64,000 bases of DNA from Octopus vulgaris. Lineage: Eukaryota. Made by a program: the position numbers and the translations under genes. The notes under the pieces were generated by a model. The model ran no database searches. It had not been told where the DNA came from and worked only from the letters and a program-made list of their open reading frames with translations. Of the stretch, positions 40,990-54,651 are shown in pieces (within the stretch, counting starts at the first letter, position 1; every line of letters begins with the position of its first letter). Where the stretch lies: assembly GCA_951406725.2 (NCBI GenBank), contig OX597834.1, positions 20,026,001 through 20,090,000 on the forward strand, in the 5' to 3' direction.

Positions 40990-41225
40990 TGTGTGTGTGT
41001 GTGTGTGTGTACTTTTCTGTGTCTGCGTTTGTCCCCCCACCATCTCTTGACAACCGATGCTAGTGTGTTTTCATTCCTGTAACTTAGTGATTCGGCAAAA
41101 GAGACCGATAGAATAAGTACTAAGCTAACAAAGAACAAGTCCTGGGGTCAAATTGTTCAGCTAAAGGCGGTGCTACAGCATGGCCACAGTCAAATGACTG
41201 AAACAAATAAAAGAATAAAAGAATA
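40990..41225 (+). mobile_element. Family A SINE 3' half
   Basis: Matches 9420-9622. Confidence 0.85.
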
Positions 41226-42819
41226 TATATATACATATATTTGTGTGTGTGTCTATACATTTAAGTATATGTATATGTCTACATGAATATATATGTGTGT
41301 GTGCATATATTTACATATACACATGCAAACACACACACAATGGTATTATCTGCAGAAATGTACGCCTAAGATGAATAAATGAATACAAATACAAATTTTC
41401 ATATAAATCTTTCGTTTCTTTGAAATCCAGCAGGAAAGAGGCTTTATATACATTATTATATGTATGCACCTTACTTAAGTTATATAACTTCGATTAACAT
41501 TGCATGTGATGACTTCATCACCAGGAGCCATCCTTGTATATACATATATATACATACGTGTGTATTTCTGTGTGTGCATGTGTGTGTGTCTAAGTATATG
41601 TGCCTACGTGAGTCTGTGTGTATGTGCCTGTGTGTGTGACTTTGCGTGTGCTATAGAACCAATCCTTAATTTTTTTCGCAATATTACAATATTAATCCTT
41701 AAGTTGTGTTAATCCTTCCATTCAGCCCCTAGTCATGAAAATGCTTGCATTTCTTTTCTCTATGAAAATATGGCATTACATGTTCATTTCTATAATCACT
41801 TATATATTAACAAGGCGGTGCTCCAGCATGGCTGCAGTCAAATAACCGAAACAAGTAAAAGAATAAAAGATTAACATACTAATACACCTTTTAATCCTCC
41901 TTGAATTACATATTATCACGAATTACCCTCAACACTTTTTTCTAAATTGAAATCACTATTTCATTGTTAATTTCAAATGCTAGCTGATTATTTGTAGGTT
42001 AAACAGCTTAATTAATATTAGTAAATCCATAATCTCCCTAAATTAAAGTTTAATTCAGTAATTTATCAACTTAGCAAGCCTCGTAATATCTAACTATAAA
42101 GTTTGCTGACTTGATTATGTCATTTCTTTATCTGCGTTAGTAGCAGTGAGATCAGAATTAATTATTTCCACCTGTTATAAATTTGACTTATTCCTAGCTT
42201 AAGGGTAAAGTTGGTGGTAATAATTGAAGGTCTATACTTCAAGTCTGAGGCCAAGCTGGAGCACTGCCTTGTTGGTTTAGTTCAGTGGATCTTAACTATA
42301 TTTTTTGAAACAACATACTTTTAACTATTTATGCCTCATGCCCACCCAAGCGGTGAATGAGGTACCATGACTAAACTGACTTAATATGGATGTTAATTTA
42401 TAAATTTTACTCAAAAAATGGATTGTATAAGCCTTTAAGATTGAAATGATAAATAATCAATAATATTAATATGCTAACTTTTTCTTTTTGTATGTACCTG
42501 TTGGGTGCGTCACACTTACTTCAAGGAAGTAGCAAAGTGAGAGAAAGGAGGACAGAGAGGAAGAGAGAGAGAAAGGGAGAGTGAGAGAGAAAGTGAGAGT
42601 GTGAGAGAGAAAGAGAGAGAGTGATGTTATATTTCTGCTACTTTTAAATAAAGTATATATATAATTATATATATATATACATATATATATATGTATCTGG
42701 TTAAGGAGAGGTAGAAGATGAAAGATATGAGAGTTTTTATTAATCACTACACTTGTTTCACACATCTAACATCGATCCCTCACAGATTAGTAAGCTGTCA
42801 TACATAAACTATTCATTTT

Positions 42820-43050
42820 ATGTGTGTGTGCGTGTGTCTTTGTGTCTGTCCCCCATCACTGGTTGACAACCACTGCTGGATGTGTTTACATCCAAGTAAG
42901 CTGGAGGTTCAGCAAAATGAGACCGATAGAATAAGTATCAGGCTTAACAAAGGATAAGTGTAAGATTCATTTGACTAAAAATTCTTCAGGGCAGTGCTCC
43001 AGCATGACCACAGTCTAATGACCAAAGCAAGTATAAGATAAAAGATAAAA
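42820..43050 (+). mobile_element. Family A SINE 3' half
   Basis: Matches 9420-9622. Confidence 0.8.
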
Positions 43051-43545
43051 GATAGATAATTACGAATGGTACTATTTCATTCTTATTAGAAATCATCAGT
43101 AATGTATCAGGGAAAAAATATTTAGAATGTGTGTATGTTGTCTGTATTTTTTTCTTTGGTCTTCAATTTCAAATTCAAACTTCTCAACCCACCAAGATTT
43201 ATCTCCACTACAATAATTGACCACCAGGGTACACCACACGTATGAGCAATTAATCATTGATTAGAAATATTGATTTCCTCTTTAAATCCAAGAACCAGTA
43301 TGAAAGAAACCAATAATGCAATGAAGAGACGCAGAGAGAGAGAAAGACACCTTATTTCTTTGTAGTCAGATAAGTTGTTATGAGAAGATGTTTAATCAGT
43401 GTTTCAAAACAAAGGACATTGGTGGTGGGAAAGATGGTGGAGCACTGAATAGCATATGAGAGAGATGGTCATAATCGGAAAGCTTTTGATCATAAGTCTG
43501 TTCAGTCAAAGATAATTTGAGATAAAAGAATCAGAAAAATACTGC

Positions 43546-43990
43546 ATAGGTGTAGGCATGGCTGTGTGGTAAGAAGATTGTTTCTCAACCATAGGATTCT
43601 GGGTTCAGTCCTACTGCATGAAACCTTTGACAAAGGTCTCCTGCTGTTGCTTCAATTCGGCCAAAGTCTTGTGAGTGGATTTGGTAGACGGAAACTGAGA
43701 AAATATATATTGGCATTTTGACTAAGATCAAACATGTGTGTATGTGCATGTGTGTGTGTGTGTGTGTGTGTGTCTTTGTATCTGTGTTTGTCCCCCGACC
43801 ACTACTTGATAATTGGTGTTGGTATGTTTACATCCTCATTACTTAGCAGTTTGGCAAAAGGGACCAGTAAAATAATTACCAAACTTTAAAAAAAAAAGTA
43901 ACAGGATCGATTCATTGGACTAAGATTCTACAAGGTGATACTCCAGCATGGTCACAGTCTAATGACTAAAACAAGTAAAAGATAAAATAA
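43546..43990 (+). mobile_element. Family A SINE
   Basis: Head to tail collinear with 9213-9622. Confidence 0.82.
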
Positions 43991-44340
43991 TAAAAGATAT
44001 GATTTTCCATCCACTTTGGTAAAATTTAGAAATGGAATTGTGAAACAATGAAGAAATTGATTCTTCTGTTTACTCCAATGTCAACTCCACCATCCTACAA
44101 CTGGCCAAGGCAAGACTGATTTTCCACATTGAACCCTTAAAATAATTTGACCCTTAACATTCAGATTACTCTGTCATATATAATATTTATTTATAAATGG
44201 TCGTTTATAAGTGACTATCAACCTGACAGAAGTACTATTTGGGGGGGAGGGTATATTTAATTGTATCAATTCATAGCAAGGAAGCATTGAAAAGATGTTA
44301 GTAAGAAAAGGGGTTGAGAGTTAAAGAACTCTGAGATGCA

Positions 44341-44530
44341 CTGGTCCGGGTTGTGGATCTGTGGAATAAGCTGCCGGACAAGATAGTGAAGATGCCGACG
44401 ACCGCTCAATTCAAAGTCACCCTTGACCACAAATGGCCTGAACTCTTTGCATGAACACCACCCCGTACATAACTCCATGTCCCTCTACATGGCCTTGCTT
44501 TTTGCTTTTTGAGCCAAAAAATTAACTTAA
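44341..44530 (+). mobile_element. CR1/L2-clade LINE 3' end
   Basis: 44341-44454 reads LVRVVDLWNKLPDKIVKMPTTAQFKVTLDHKWPELFA*, matching the CR1-type ORF2 C-terminal RVVxxWNxLPxxxV...FKxxLD motif, followed by a short 3' UTR. Confidence 0.75.
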
Positions 44531-44714
44531 ATTTACTTAGAACGTGAACAAAACACCTTGCATTAGATTTTCCTGTACTGTACTGTATATTTTTAAAATC
44601 ATTTTTATAATTTATATATATCTGTTTTATTATAAATGCAAGACAACACCACAGACAAATTGATGTAAGCTTAAATAAGAAACTACGATAGATGAATCGC
44701 AATATGGCAAGGGA

Positions 44715-44858
44715 CTACTGTACTTAATTGATCAACCCTGAAAGGATGAAAGGCAAATCCACCCTCAGTGGAATTTGAACTCAGGACATAAAGACAGATG
44801 AAATGCCACTTAGCATTTTGCTTGGCATGCTAACGATACTGCCAGCTCACCACCTTAA
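44715..44858 (-). mobile_element. Family B SINE fragment
   Basis: Reverse-complement head and core. Confidence 0.8.
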
Positions 44859-44887
44859 TAACAACAATAATAATAATAATAACAATA

Positions 44888-44932
<45 letters not shown>

Positions 44933-45602
44933 CCAGTTCCTTTATAAAAGGATTACTTAATCGAAGAACAGTCTGTATTCCAGCAGTAGTTAATGGATCT
45001 TTCTAATTATATTAAACTCGTCATTTTAATTTCATTAATTTTATTAATTTTTTTTTTTGGTTTCTCTCTTTACTTTGTAATGTTGCAAGGGAGCTTTTAC
45101 TGGGCTCCATCTCATTCACAGCAATCAATAACAATAAACGGACTAAGGTTAATGAAATGATCATTTCTCACCAGCTTCACATGTTTTCTCTAATTCAAGA
45201 GGCACTAATTAAAATTTCTCGTTTGTATGTGAGACAATAATGAAAAAGGGTTGAGTACCGCACAAAGAGCCTGTTATTTGTTAATCGGGGTTTCAAATTG
45301 CACAAAAATTCTTCAAGCCCGCTTCCTTTCGGTTAATGCTTTTTATTTATTCAAAGACAACCATTAATATTGATGGAAGATATTAACACAAAATTTTAAT
45401 TATCACAAATGTCAATAGTAATAATTATTATTATTTTAAGAAGAAGAAAACGGGAAATGATTTTTTAGTATTGGCACAAGGCTACAGATTTTAGTGGGGA
45501 AATGAAATGGCTGATTCTATCAATTATTAACACAAGGAAAATGTTCTGTTTTTTATTAAACATGGAAGGATGAGATTTGAACCCAGAATGTAAAAAAAAA
45601 CC

Positions 45603-45965
45603 TAGGTGTGGCTGTGTGGTAAGAAGTTTGCTTTCTAACCCCATTGCTTCCAGGTTCAGTTACACTGTGTGGCATTTTCTACTATGGTCACAGGGCAATC
45701 AAAGGCTTGTGAGTGAATTTGGCAGATGGAAACTAAAAGAAGCCCATAGTATATGTGTATGTGTATTCACATTAGTGTTTGTCCCCTTCCACTGCCAGAC
45801 AACCGGTGTTGGTGTGTTTACATGACTTAGTGGTTTGACAAAAGAGATTGATAGAATAAGTACCAGACTTTAAGTCCTGGGGTCGATTCATTCAACTAAA
45901 ATTTTTTCGAGGCAGTGCTCCAGCATGGCCAAGTCTAATGATTGAAACAAGTAAAAGACAGAAGC
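45603..45965 (+). mobile_element. Family A SINE
   Basis: Collinear with 9213-9622. Confidence 0.82.
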
Positions 45966-46635
45966 TAAAAGAGAGATCCCTGGAAGAGTTTTGTCTACCA
46001 TTATGATGATTCTAACGATCCAGTGTTTTAATAATCATTTCCATCCTAAGAACAAGATTTAGAAAGTTCAAGGAAGAGGGTTCAATGATTAATTCGACAC
46101 AAGAATTCCATTGGTATTTTAATTTCTAAAACTGTGAGGATGAAAGATGAAAATCAACCCTGGTGGTGTTTGAAACAGAAACCAAAAGAGCCGGAATGAA
46201 AACCTCAAAGCATTTTGTCTGACCCTCCGATGATCCTGCCAATCCAATCCACCACTCTCAGTAATTATCTTTCTGAAATAGGCACAAGGCCTGTCAAATG
46301 AAGAGGGTGGGGTAATCAGTTATATCGACCGCCCTAATAATTGACAGATAATTTATTTTATTCAATTCCAAAAGCAAATTTTAATCCCAAGAGAATTTGA
46401 ACTCAGGACATAAAGAATTAGATGAGATATAATGAAACATTTGATTATCATGCTGTCAACAGAAAAATTATGGAAAATGGGCAGATTGAGGTATAAAATT
46501 CACACACACACACACAAAACCTTTTTCGGGGTTTTTTTTTTTTTTTTTTGCAGAATTTCAATCTGTGACTCTTAAAATATATGCACTTTAGAAATTTTTG
46601 GAACACCAAGTAATAATCTCTGGTTCTATTAGTTG

Positions 46636-46790
46636 CAAGGTGTGTGGTAAGAAGCTTTCTTCCCTACCACATGGTTCTGGGTTCAGTCCCACTGCTTGAC
46701 ACCTTGAGCAAGTGTCTTGGTTGACCAAAGCCTTGTGAGGGAATTTGGTAGACAGAAACTTAAAGTCCATCGTGTGTATATATATATATA
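46636..46790 (+). mobile_element. Family A SINE 5' half
   Basis: Head and CORE-like segment. Confidence 0.8.
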
Positions 46791-47039
46791 CACGATGGAC
46801 TATAAAATTATGATAAGGGTGCTGAATAATTACAAAACTAGTTTGCTAGAAATAGACCCCAAATGGTCTATGAACCACTTAGATTATTACTCCACTACAC
46901 AAGGTTGTAAGCGAAGAAAATAGACAGTGAGGATTTATAAAATATTTTGGATAGTCTCAAATCTATAGATTTGACAGTTTGAGTTTGAAGTGAAGCCCAC
47001 CTCTGACCTTGTATTGAATAAGCATTTCCTTAGAGACTA

Positions 47040-47335
47040 TTCTGTTGATTTTGTTGAAGTTTTACTTGTGACAAAATGCAAAAACTGCAGGAAAAATAAC
47101 GTTGTTATGAGAATTACCATTCAAATGCCCGATTGAGCTCACAAAAATCGATGCCAGCTAAGCATTATTGAATTTTTGAAAAATTTAGGCCTTATTTGAA
47201 CTTCAGGGTATGTGATCTACCTATGTGCCAAAAATCATTAAAATCAATTGGATGGTGTGGGAGGAGTTAGAGCAATCCCAAACACACACATACACACACA
47301 CACACATCATTACACATTTATGTATATATATTTGT
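47040..47335 (+). mobile_element. Possible Helentron-associated (HINE/DINE-like) element 3' part
   Basis: atgtgccaaaaatcattaaaatc...ggaggagttag followed by (CA)n and a tttatgtatatat end, resembling HINE 3' architecture as recalled. Confidence 0.4.
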
Positions 47336-47339
47336 GTCT

Positions 47340-47705
47340 ATGTTTATCCCTTCACCATCGTTTGACAACTGATGTTGGTATGCTTACATCCCTGTAACTT
47401 AGTGGTTTGGCAAAAGAGAGCAATAGAATAAGTACTAGGCTTACAAAGAAGAAGTCCTGAGGTCGATTCATACAACAAAAGGTGGTGCTCCAGCATGGCT
47501 GCTGTCAAATGACTGAAAAAAATAAAAGAATAAAAATATATGCGGTGGGCTTCCACTGAGTTTCCACCAACCAAATCCACTCCAAAGTCACTGGTTGGCA
47601 GGAATTTATAGTAACAGACACTCACTCACAGTACTGCGCAGTGGGATTGAACCCAAAATCACATGGTAACAAATAAAGGCTCCTAACCACACAGCCATGC
47701 CTGCC
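47340..47705. mobile_element. Family A SINE 3' half (+) abutting a 5' half (-)
   Basis: 47340-47535 forward tail; 47545-47705 reverse head. Confidence 0.75.
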
Positions 47706-48417
47706 ACCCTACTTATCTCATCTAAAAACAATAACGGTGTGCTTTGAGATTTAGTCATTGAATAATCACTCGTCCTCTCTCGAATACACAGGAAGTCCCT
47801 TGAGTAAACCCCTGTGTGAGTCCCTAATTAAAATATCATTGAAAGCAATACGTTTTGAAATTACTTTTCTGACCCCTTCAACACCGGTGCAACCCCAACA
47901 ATATTTCACAAAGGCCCTTGCTCCTGTTTGGTGTCACGTCAATTAATTTGCAAGGTGTACCTGGTAATAAATCCTCCGGTGTCATTTGAACACAGGGATG
48001 GAAGGCAACGGGGGGGGGGGGGCACAGTAGTAATGGTGGTGGTGGTGATGGTGGTGGGGAGACCATTCTTCTTCTTCTTCTCCTTCTACTTTTTCTTCTC
48101 CTACTTCTTCTCCTTCTACTTCTTTATTTTCTCCTTTTCCTCTTCTCCAGCAGAAATACAGAATAAGGGAATGGTTGAGTGATAGAATATGCAAATAAAT
48201 GAATGAATGAATGAATGAATGAATAAATTGAATGAACAAATAAGGGAAAAAAATAAAATCTAATCATAAAATGTCTTATCTTATGTTCAGTTCACTCGTT
48301 TCTGCCTCTTTCTCGCTTTCTTTTTCACCTCCGTCTTCTTCAGTATCTCTTTTGCTTTCTCAAATACACACACACACACTTACACCCACTCCACATACAT
48401 ACACACACACACAGATT

Positions 48418-48452
<35 letters not shown>

Positions 48453-48569
48453 TGCACACATACACACACACATGCACACACACACGTACACACACATACA
48501 CACACATATATACACATATATATATACACATTCATATGTACACGTTTCTTTCTCTCTTTCTCCCTCTCT

Positions 48570-48845
48570 AGCTCTCTCTCTTATACTCTCTCTGTCTCTC
48601 ATGCTCTCTCTCTCTCTCTTATACTCTCTCTGTCTCTCATGCTCTCTCTCTCTCTTATACTCTCTCTGTCTCTCATGCTCTCTCTCTCTTATACTCTCTC
48701 TGTCTCTCATGCTCTCTCTCTCTCTTATACTCTCTCTGTCTCTCATGCTCTCTCTCTCTCTTATACTCTCTCTGTCTCTCATGCTCTCTCTCTCTTATGC
48801 TCTCTCTGTCTATTATGCTCTCTCTGTCTATTATGCTCTCTCTTT
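48570..48845. repeat. ~36-40-bp minisatellite (cttatactctctctgtctctcatgctctctct)
   Basis: About 6 tandem copies. Confidence 0.9.
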
Positions 48846-50657
48846 CTTTCTTCTGCTCTATCTCACCTTTTCGCTCTCTCTCTCTCTCTCTTTCATACAA
48901 ACACACACACACACTCTCTCTTTCTCCCTCTCTCATACTTTCATTTTCTCTCTCACAGACATACACACCCTCTCTTTCTCTCTCATACATTTGCATACTT
49001 AAACACACATAGCCACACACACACTCGTATAAACACACACATACACACTCTCTCACTCACACATACCTTCTTACACACATTTTCTGTAACACACACGCAC
49101 ACAGATGCACACTCACATATACACAATCTCTCTTTCTCAAAATCCCTTTCTTGCTTCTCTTTATCTCTTCATTTCTCTCTCTCTCTCTCTCTCTCTCAGT
49201 CTCTTAAAGATTATCCTGCTCTACCTTCCTCCCTCTCTCCATGTCACACACCACCAACTCAATTTAACCCACCCACTTCACTCTCACATCGCTCTTTCTC
49301 ATTTTAGTCATTTATTTATTTATTTATTTCACATCACCACCACATCCACCACCACCACCACCCACCATCAACCCCCCACCATCATCCGCCACCACCTCCT
49401 ACCCACCCACTCCAATTCCTTCATCCAACAATTTCAATGCAAATGAATACTAGAAAGGTGCATTAGAGGGTCTTGCTTCATCAAACTACAAAACAAAGAC
49501 AAAAACAAAAAAAAAAATAGAATAAAATAAAGCAAAAACAAAAAAACAAAAATAATAAATAAATAAACAAATAAATAAAAAAAGACGTGGGAGTGATACA
49601 GAGAAATCTTTTATTCCAAAGTGAAAACACATACAACAAAAATGCATGCCTATGTCCACCTGGACAATAAAACACCGAAAGGTTGCAAACACATACAAAA
49701 CAATAAAAAGACAGAAGTAAGAGCTTGCAAGATGGTTGGGCCTGGGTTAAATTTTTTATTATAATTAAAGAAGGTCACAATGACTTTTATTTTATATTTT
49801 ATTTAGTTATTTATTTTGTTTGTCTTTGATCGTTTGTTAGTCTTTTTGTTTATCGTTTTTTTTGTTTTTGCAAAGGTTGTGGGTGATAATGCCAAAAAAA
49901 AAATGTATGTCTTTAGTTCTTTTATTTATTCGCTACAGAAATAAATAAAAAAAATAAATAAATGGTAGTGCTTTAATTCACTGAAAAATCAATTTGCCTG
50001 AAGGTATTGTATGTCACAGTGACACTGTTTTGGTTTTTTTTTTTTTTTTGCTTAAGAATTCTTGAGAAAACTCAAAATAACCGAAACAAAATAGAACAAA
50101 TTCGAAATGGTAAAAGACAGACAGCCTTGAATGACAGTATGGTAAATTATTCCCGACAACAATCACAACGACAACAACAACAACAACTATGCTAACTTGA
50201 TGGAGCAAAACTAGCCTATGGGATTGACAAATTCTCCGAGTATTTCTGAGTTCGGTCTCAATGTGTGGCACCTTGAGCAAGTCTCTTCTACTATAGCCTC
50301 AGGCTGAACAAAAGCTTCACGGTGAATTTGGTAAACAGAAACTGGGAGAAACCTGCTATATATATATATATATATATATATAAATCAGTGTGGTATTTCT
50401 TACAGAAAATTGGTATGGTACCAACAAAAAAATTACAGAAAGCCACCACAGAGATAGGCATGTCAGCTGAAACCCACGCTGGTTCCACTGTAGATTCATG
50501 CTAACCACAGAAATTTGTGCTTATCTCCCATTTTTACCTGCTTTGCTTATCTTGCATTTTTTTCAACCACCTGAGTAACTTGAGACTTATGAAATGAAAG
50601 CTTTGTATTATGCAGAATGTATGGGCTTTGACTATAGAGGACTTGTGAAGGGTTGAA

Positions 50658-50964
50658 GCAAGGAAGCGTCATCCAACCAAAATGCAAATATATGGGAAAC
50701 TACCACCTGTGTCATCTCTTGTGAAAGGTAGGGGAGTCCAGTTTACTGGACATTGTTGTAGAGCTGAAAACGAGGCAATTTCTACTCTTCTCTGGAAGCC
50801 ATCTACTCGCAATACCAGAGGGCGCACACTCTCCTACCCAGATGTAATCTTCAGGGATACAGACATCCAGCAACAGGACCTCCGTAATGCTATAATGGAC
50901 CGTGAAGTCTGGCATAGCATGGTAAATTCCATTGTCTCGACCACGGTCGAACAATGATGATGAA
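50658..50964 (+). mobile_element. 5'-truncated RTE-clade LINE
   Basis: ORF IYGKLPPVS...FTGHCCR...LLWKP...RGR...MDREVW, (TGA)n tail, and 12-bp TSD tgaagggttgaa (50646-50657 / 50965-50976). Confidence 0.82.
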
Positions 50965-51208
50965 TGAAGGGTTGAAAGAAATGAAGCTAGCATTCTCTGC
51001 TAGATGCATAATGTCAGTGTGAACACATGACAGAGTGTGAATGATTTACGAGAAAAACTGGGTGTAAGGAGCATCGGATGTTGGGTGCAAGAGAGAGGAC
51101 TCAGCTGGTTTGGTCATGTGATGCATGTGGATAAGGACAACTGCTTTGAGAAATGCTGAACTGAAACTGTGGAGGGAACTAGTGGAAGGGGTAGACCCAG
51201 TAAGACAT

Positions 51209-51435
51209 ACTCTCTCTCTCTCTCTCTCTTTTACTCTTTAACTTGTTTCAGTCATTTGACTGCGGCCGTGCTGGAGCATCGCCTTTAATCGAGCAACACG
51301 ACCCCGGGACTTATTCTTTTGTAAGCCCAGTACTTATTCTATCAGTCTCTTTTTGCTGAACTGCTAGTAACGGGGACATAAACACACCAACATTGGTTGT
51401 CAAACAATGCTAGGGGGACAAACACAGACACACAA

Positions 51436-51468
<33 letters not shown>

Positions 51469-51633
51469 CATATACATGACGGGCTTCTTTCAGTTTCCAT
51501 CTACCAAATCTACTCACAAGGCTTTGGTGGGCCTGAGGCTATAGTAGAAGACACTTGCCCAAGGTGCCACACAGTGGGACTGAACCCAGAACCATGTGGT
51601 TGGTAAACAAGCTACTTACCACACAGCCACTCC
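51209..51633 (-). mobile_element. Full-length family A SINE inserted in RTE
   Basis: 7-bp TSD aagacat (51202-51208 / 51634-51640). Confidence 0.9.
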
Positions 51634-51834
51634 AAGACATGGGATGAAGTGTTGACAAATGGTCTTCACAAGCTGGGTCTCTCTGAGGAAATGACAAGGG
51701 ACCAGGAGTTGTGATTTGCTGTAACTGAGGAGACACATTGAGCTCAGTAAAAATTGCTCATCCATACATAGAGGCTTGTCTTTTACAGGTGTTCATTCTA
51801 CATAAAATGCATTCGTGTTAATGTTGCATAAACA

Positions 51835-52035
51835 CACCCATCCCAGTGGCATGTAAAGAACACCCAGCACACACTGTAAAGTCGCTGGCATTAGGAAGAG
51901 CATCCAGTTGTAGAAATCACAACAAAACAGACAAATTGAGCTTGGACAGCTCCCTGGTTGGCCAGCCCATGTCAAACCATCCAACCTAAGCCAGCATGGA
52001 AAACGGGTGTTAAACAATGATGGTGATGATGATGT
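51835..52035 (+). mobile_element. Family D retroposon 3' end
   Basis: ggcattaggaagagcatccagttgtagaaa...ccagcatggaaa..(gat)n. Confidence 0.7.
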
Positions 52036-52480
52036 CTGAAACAAGGGCAATATAAAAGTCTGGAAACAAACACTGATGATTGGGGCACACTTATGAAAAT
52101 ACTTTGGGCTGGCAAAAGGTTAAAATAAAAACATAATAATGTCTCAGAACAAAGTCTGTGTTTTCTTTTTCTTTCTTTTTTTAATTTCCTCTCGTTATTG
52201 ACTTGGAATTAACAAATGGTTATTTCTTATTTTGATTGTGTAACGAAACAGCTATAAATGAATATAGAAATTAAATAAATTCTGTCTGTCTGTTTGTCTC
52301 TTTATGGACAGGTATGGGTGAGGGTGGGGTGGGCTGGGATGGTAGGGCGGGCGAAGCTGTGATATGATCTGCAAAGAGAGAAATTATTATTGTTGTCTGT
52401 GACATAAGAGATGCAATGTGAGTTTTTTTTAAAATATTATTATTATTTGAGATATGTGTATGCATACATGCATATGTGTT

Positions 52481-52546
<66 letters not shown>

Positions 52547-53344
52547 TAAATATATATGTATATACATACAAATATATATATATATATATATGTATGCATG
52601 TATGTTTGTGTATATGAATACGTATTTCTCTCAATCTATGTATCTGTACATATATATATACATATATATATATATTCTTTTATTGCTTTCAGGCAGAAGT
52701 TGTGGCCATGCTAGATCACCAACATTTGTGCTAATGCTTGTGTATACATATATAAATTTGCATGTGTGTATGTATGTGTGTGCATAGAAAGAGAGACAGA
52801 GGAGGAGATTAAGAAAAGAAGACATGGTTTATCCACATCATTATTAAAGTCCCCCTCCCCTCAAAGATACTACAAAAATATTACTAACAAGCAAAACAAA
52901 ACTAAACAAATATAAAACAAATTAATTCTTAATATTTAATTTCTTCTAAAAAAAAACACAGAAAAAAGACAAAGAAAGGGTGTTTCATTTCTTGATATTT
53001 TATTCATTAATACCACTAGTGTCTTTAACGAGCCTTGTACTTATGAGAGAGAAGAGACATCGAAGATAATGGCACTAATAAAACATATCGGTGAAGAATT
53101 TGAATCATTTTTATGTTTGTTATGCAATTAAATTTGATTTATTCGTCGTAAAGTTTATCAAAATATAACTGTAATCATCGATACATTTGACCTACTAAAT
53201 CAGTCATCTTTCAAATGAAACCGTATATGTGTGTGTGTATATATGTGTGTATCTGTGTGTATATATATATGTATAAATGTGTGTGTGTGTATATGTATAT
53301 GTATGTGTGTGTGTATACGTATATATGCATATATATATGTCTAT

Positions 53345-53385
<41 letters not shown>

Positions 53386-53464
53386 TATATATGTATATGT
53401 ATATATACGTATATTGTTATGTATTTGTATCTGTGTGCATGTATATATATATATATACATACAC

Positions 53465-53506
<42 letters not shown>

Positions 53507-53592
53507 GTATATATGCGTATATTGTTATGTATTTGTATCTGTGTGCATGTATATATATATACACATACATACATACATATATATTTATAATT

Positions 53593-53638
<46 letters not shown>

Positions 53639-54651
53639 GCATATATATATAACTATATAGATATATGCACATATGTATACATATATATGTGTATGTACAT
53701 GTATAAATATGTCTATATATCTGTATGTATATGAGTGTATATGTAAGTATTTGTGCATGTGTGTGTATACAGATACATATACAGTTTCCATGCATGTTTC
53801 TATGTATCTGTCTGTGTATACATATATGTGTATGTGTATGTATGTTTGCATTTCTTTGTATATATTTATATGTCTGTATTAATGTATACATATATATATA
53901 TTCATATATGTTTGTATGTATACATGTGTATATATACTCTCTGCATATAACAATGAATGTACAAATACCATACACATATGTATGTTTAATCGTAACATTT
54001 AAAAATATTCCATATTTATATTATTTTTCTCTTCTTATATTTCGGCAAAATCTAAAATAACATGAAATTTAAATCTCGATTCATTAAAATGTTATCTTAC
54101 AAAATCCTATAACCCCGGGTTAACTTAAACTGGCAACTTGAATACTTCGTTATAGTTGATAGATTAACAATAAAATGCATTTAGTGGGCGTGGGTTTTCT
54201 GTGTTTGATAAACCATATTACTATATCATCTTCTTCTTCTTCTTCTTCTTTGTCTTCACTTCCTCCTTTTTTCCTCTTCTCCTCCTCCTTCTTCTTCTTC
54301 TTCTTTTTCAACTTCTTCTCACATACACAATTGATATACCAGCACCGTCATTTTATTGCCCCCCTTTTCCATTTTTGCATGAGGGTCAGGTCAGACGGAA
54401 TTTTCTGAGTCAGTGTAGATATAGGACATACTCTGTACACACATGTGTGTGAGCTTTTGTCTGTACCCTCGTGATGGTTGTAGATGGGCATCATCATCAT
54501 AGAAGCGATGCCATTTGTTTCCAGTCTCCCGTGCAAAATGTGTCTGGCCCTGGGGGAAGATTAACTCACTTGGATACAAAGTGAAGGTTGGCAACAGGAA
54601 GGGCAGATTCTGGTAAAGTGATTGTTCATGTTTTTTAATGTCAACTGTGCT

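Larger units (their letters stand above)
50615..51735 (+). mobile_element. Older RTE LINE ORF2 C-terminal remnant, interrupted twice
   Basis: Joined pieces read WALTIEDL*RVERNEASIL...LREKLGV...LSWFGHVM...VEGTSGRGRPSKT|WDEV, i.e. RTE signature motifs with stops. Confidence 0.8.

Noticed and set aside
53020-53131. Peptide IMALIKHIGEEFES resembling a BH3 motif
   Set aside because: Lacks the key Leu and Asp, has a weak acceptor and a short frame; likely chance.
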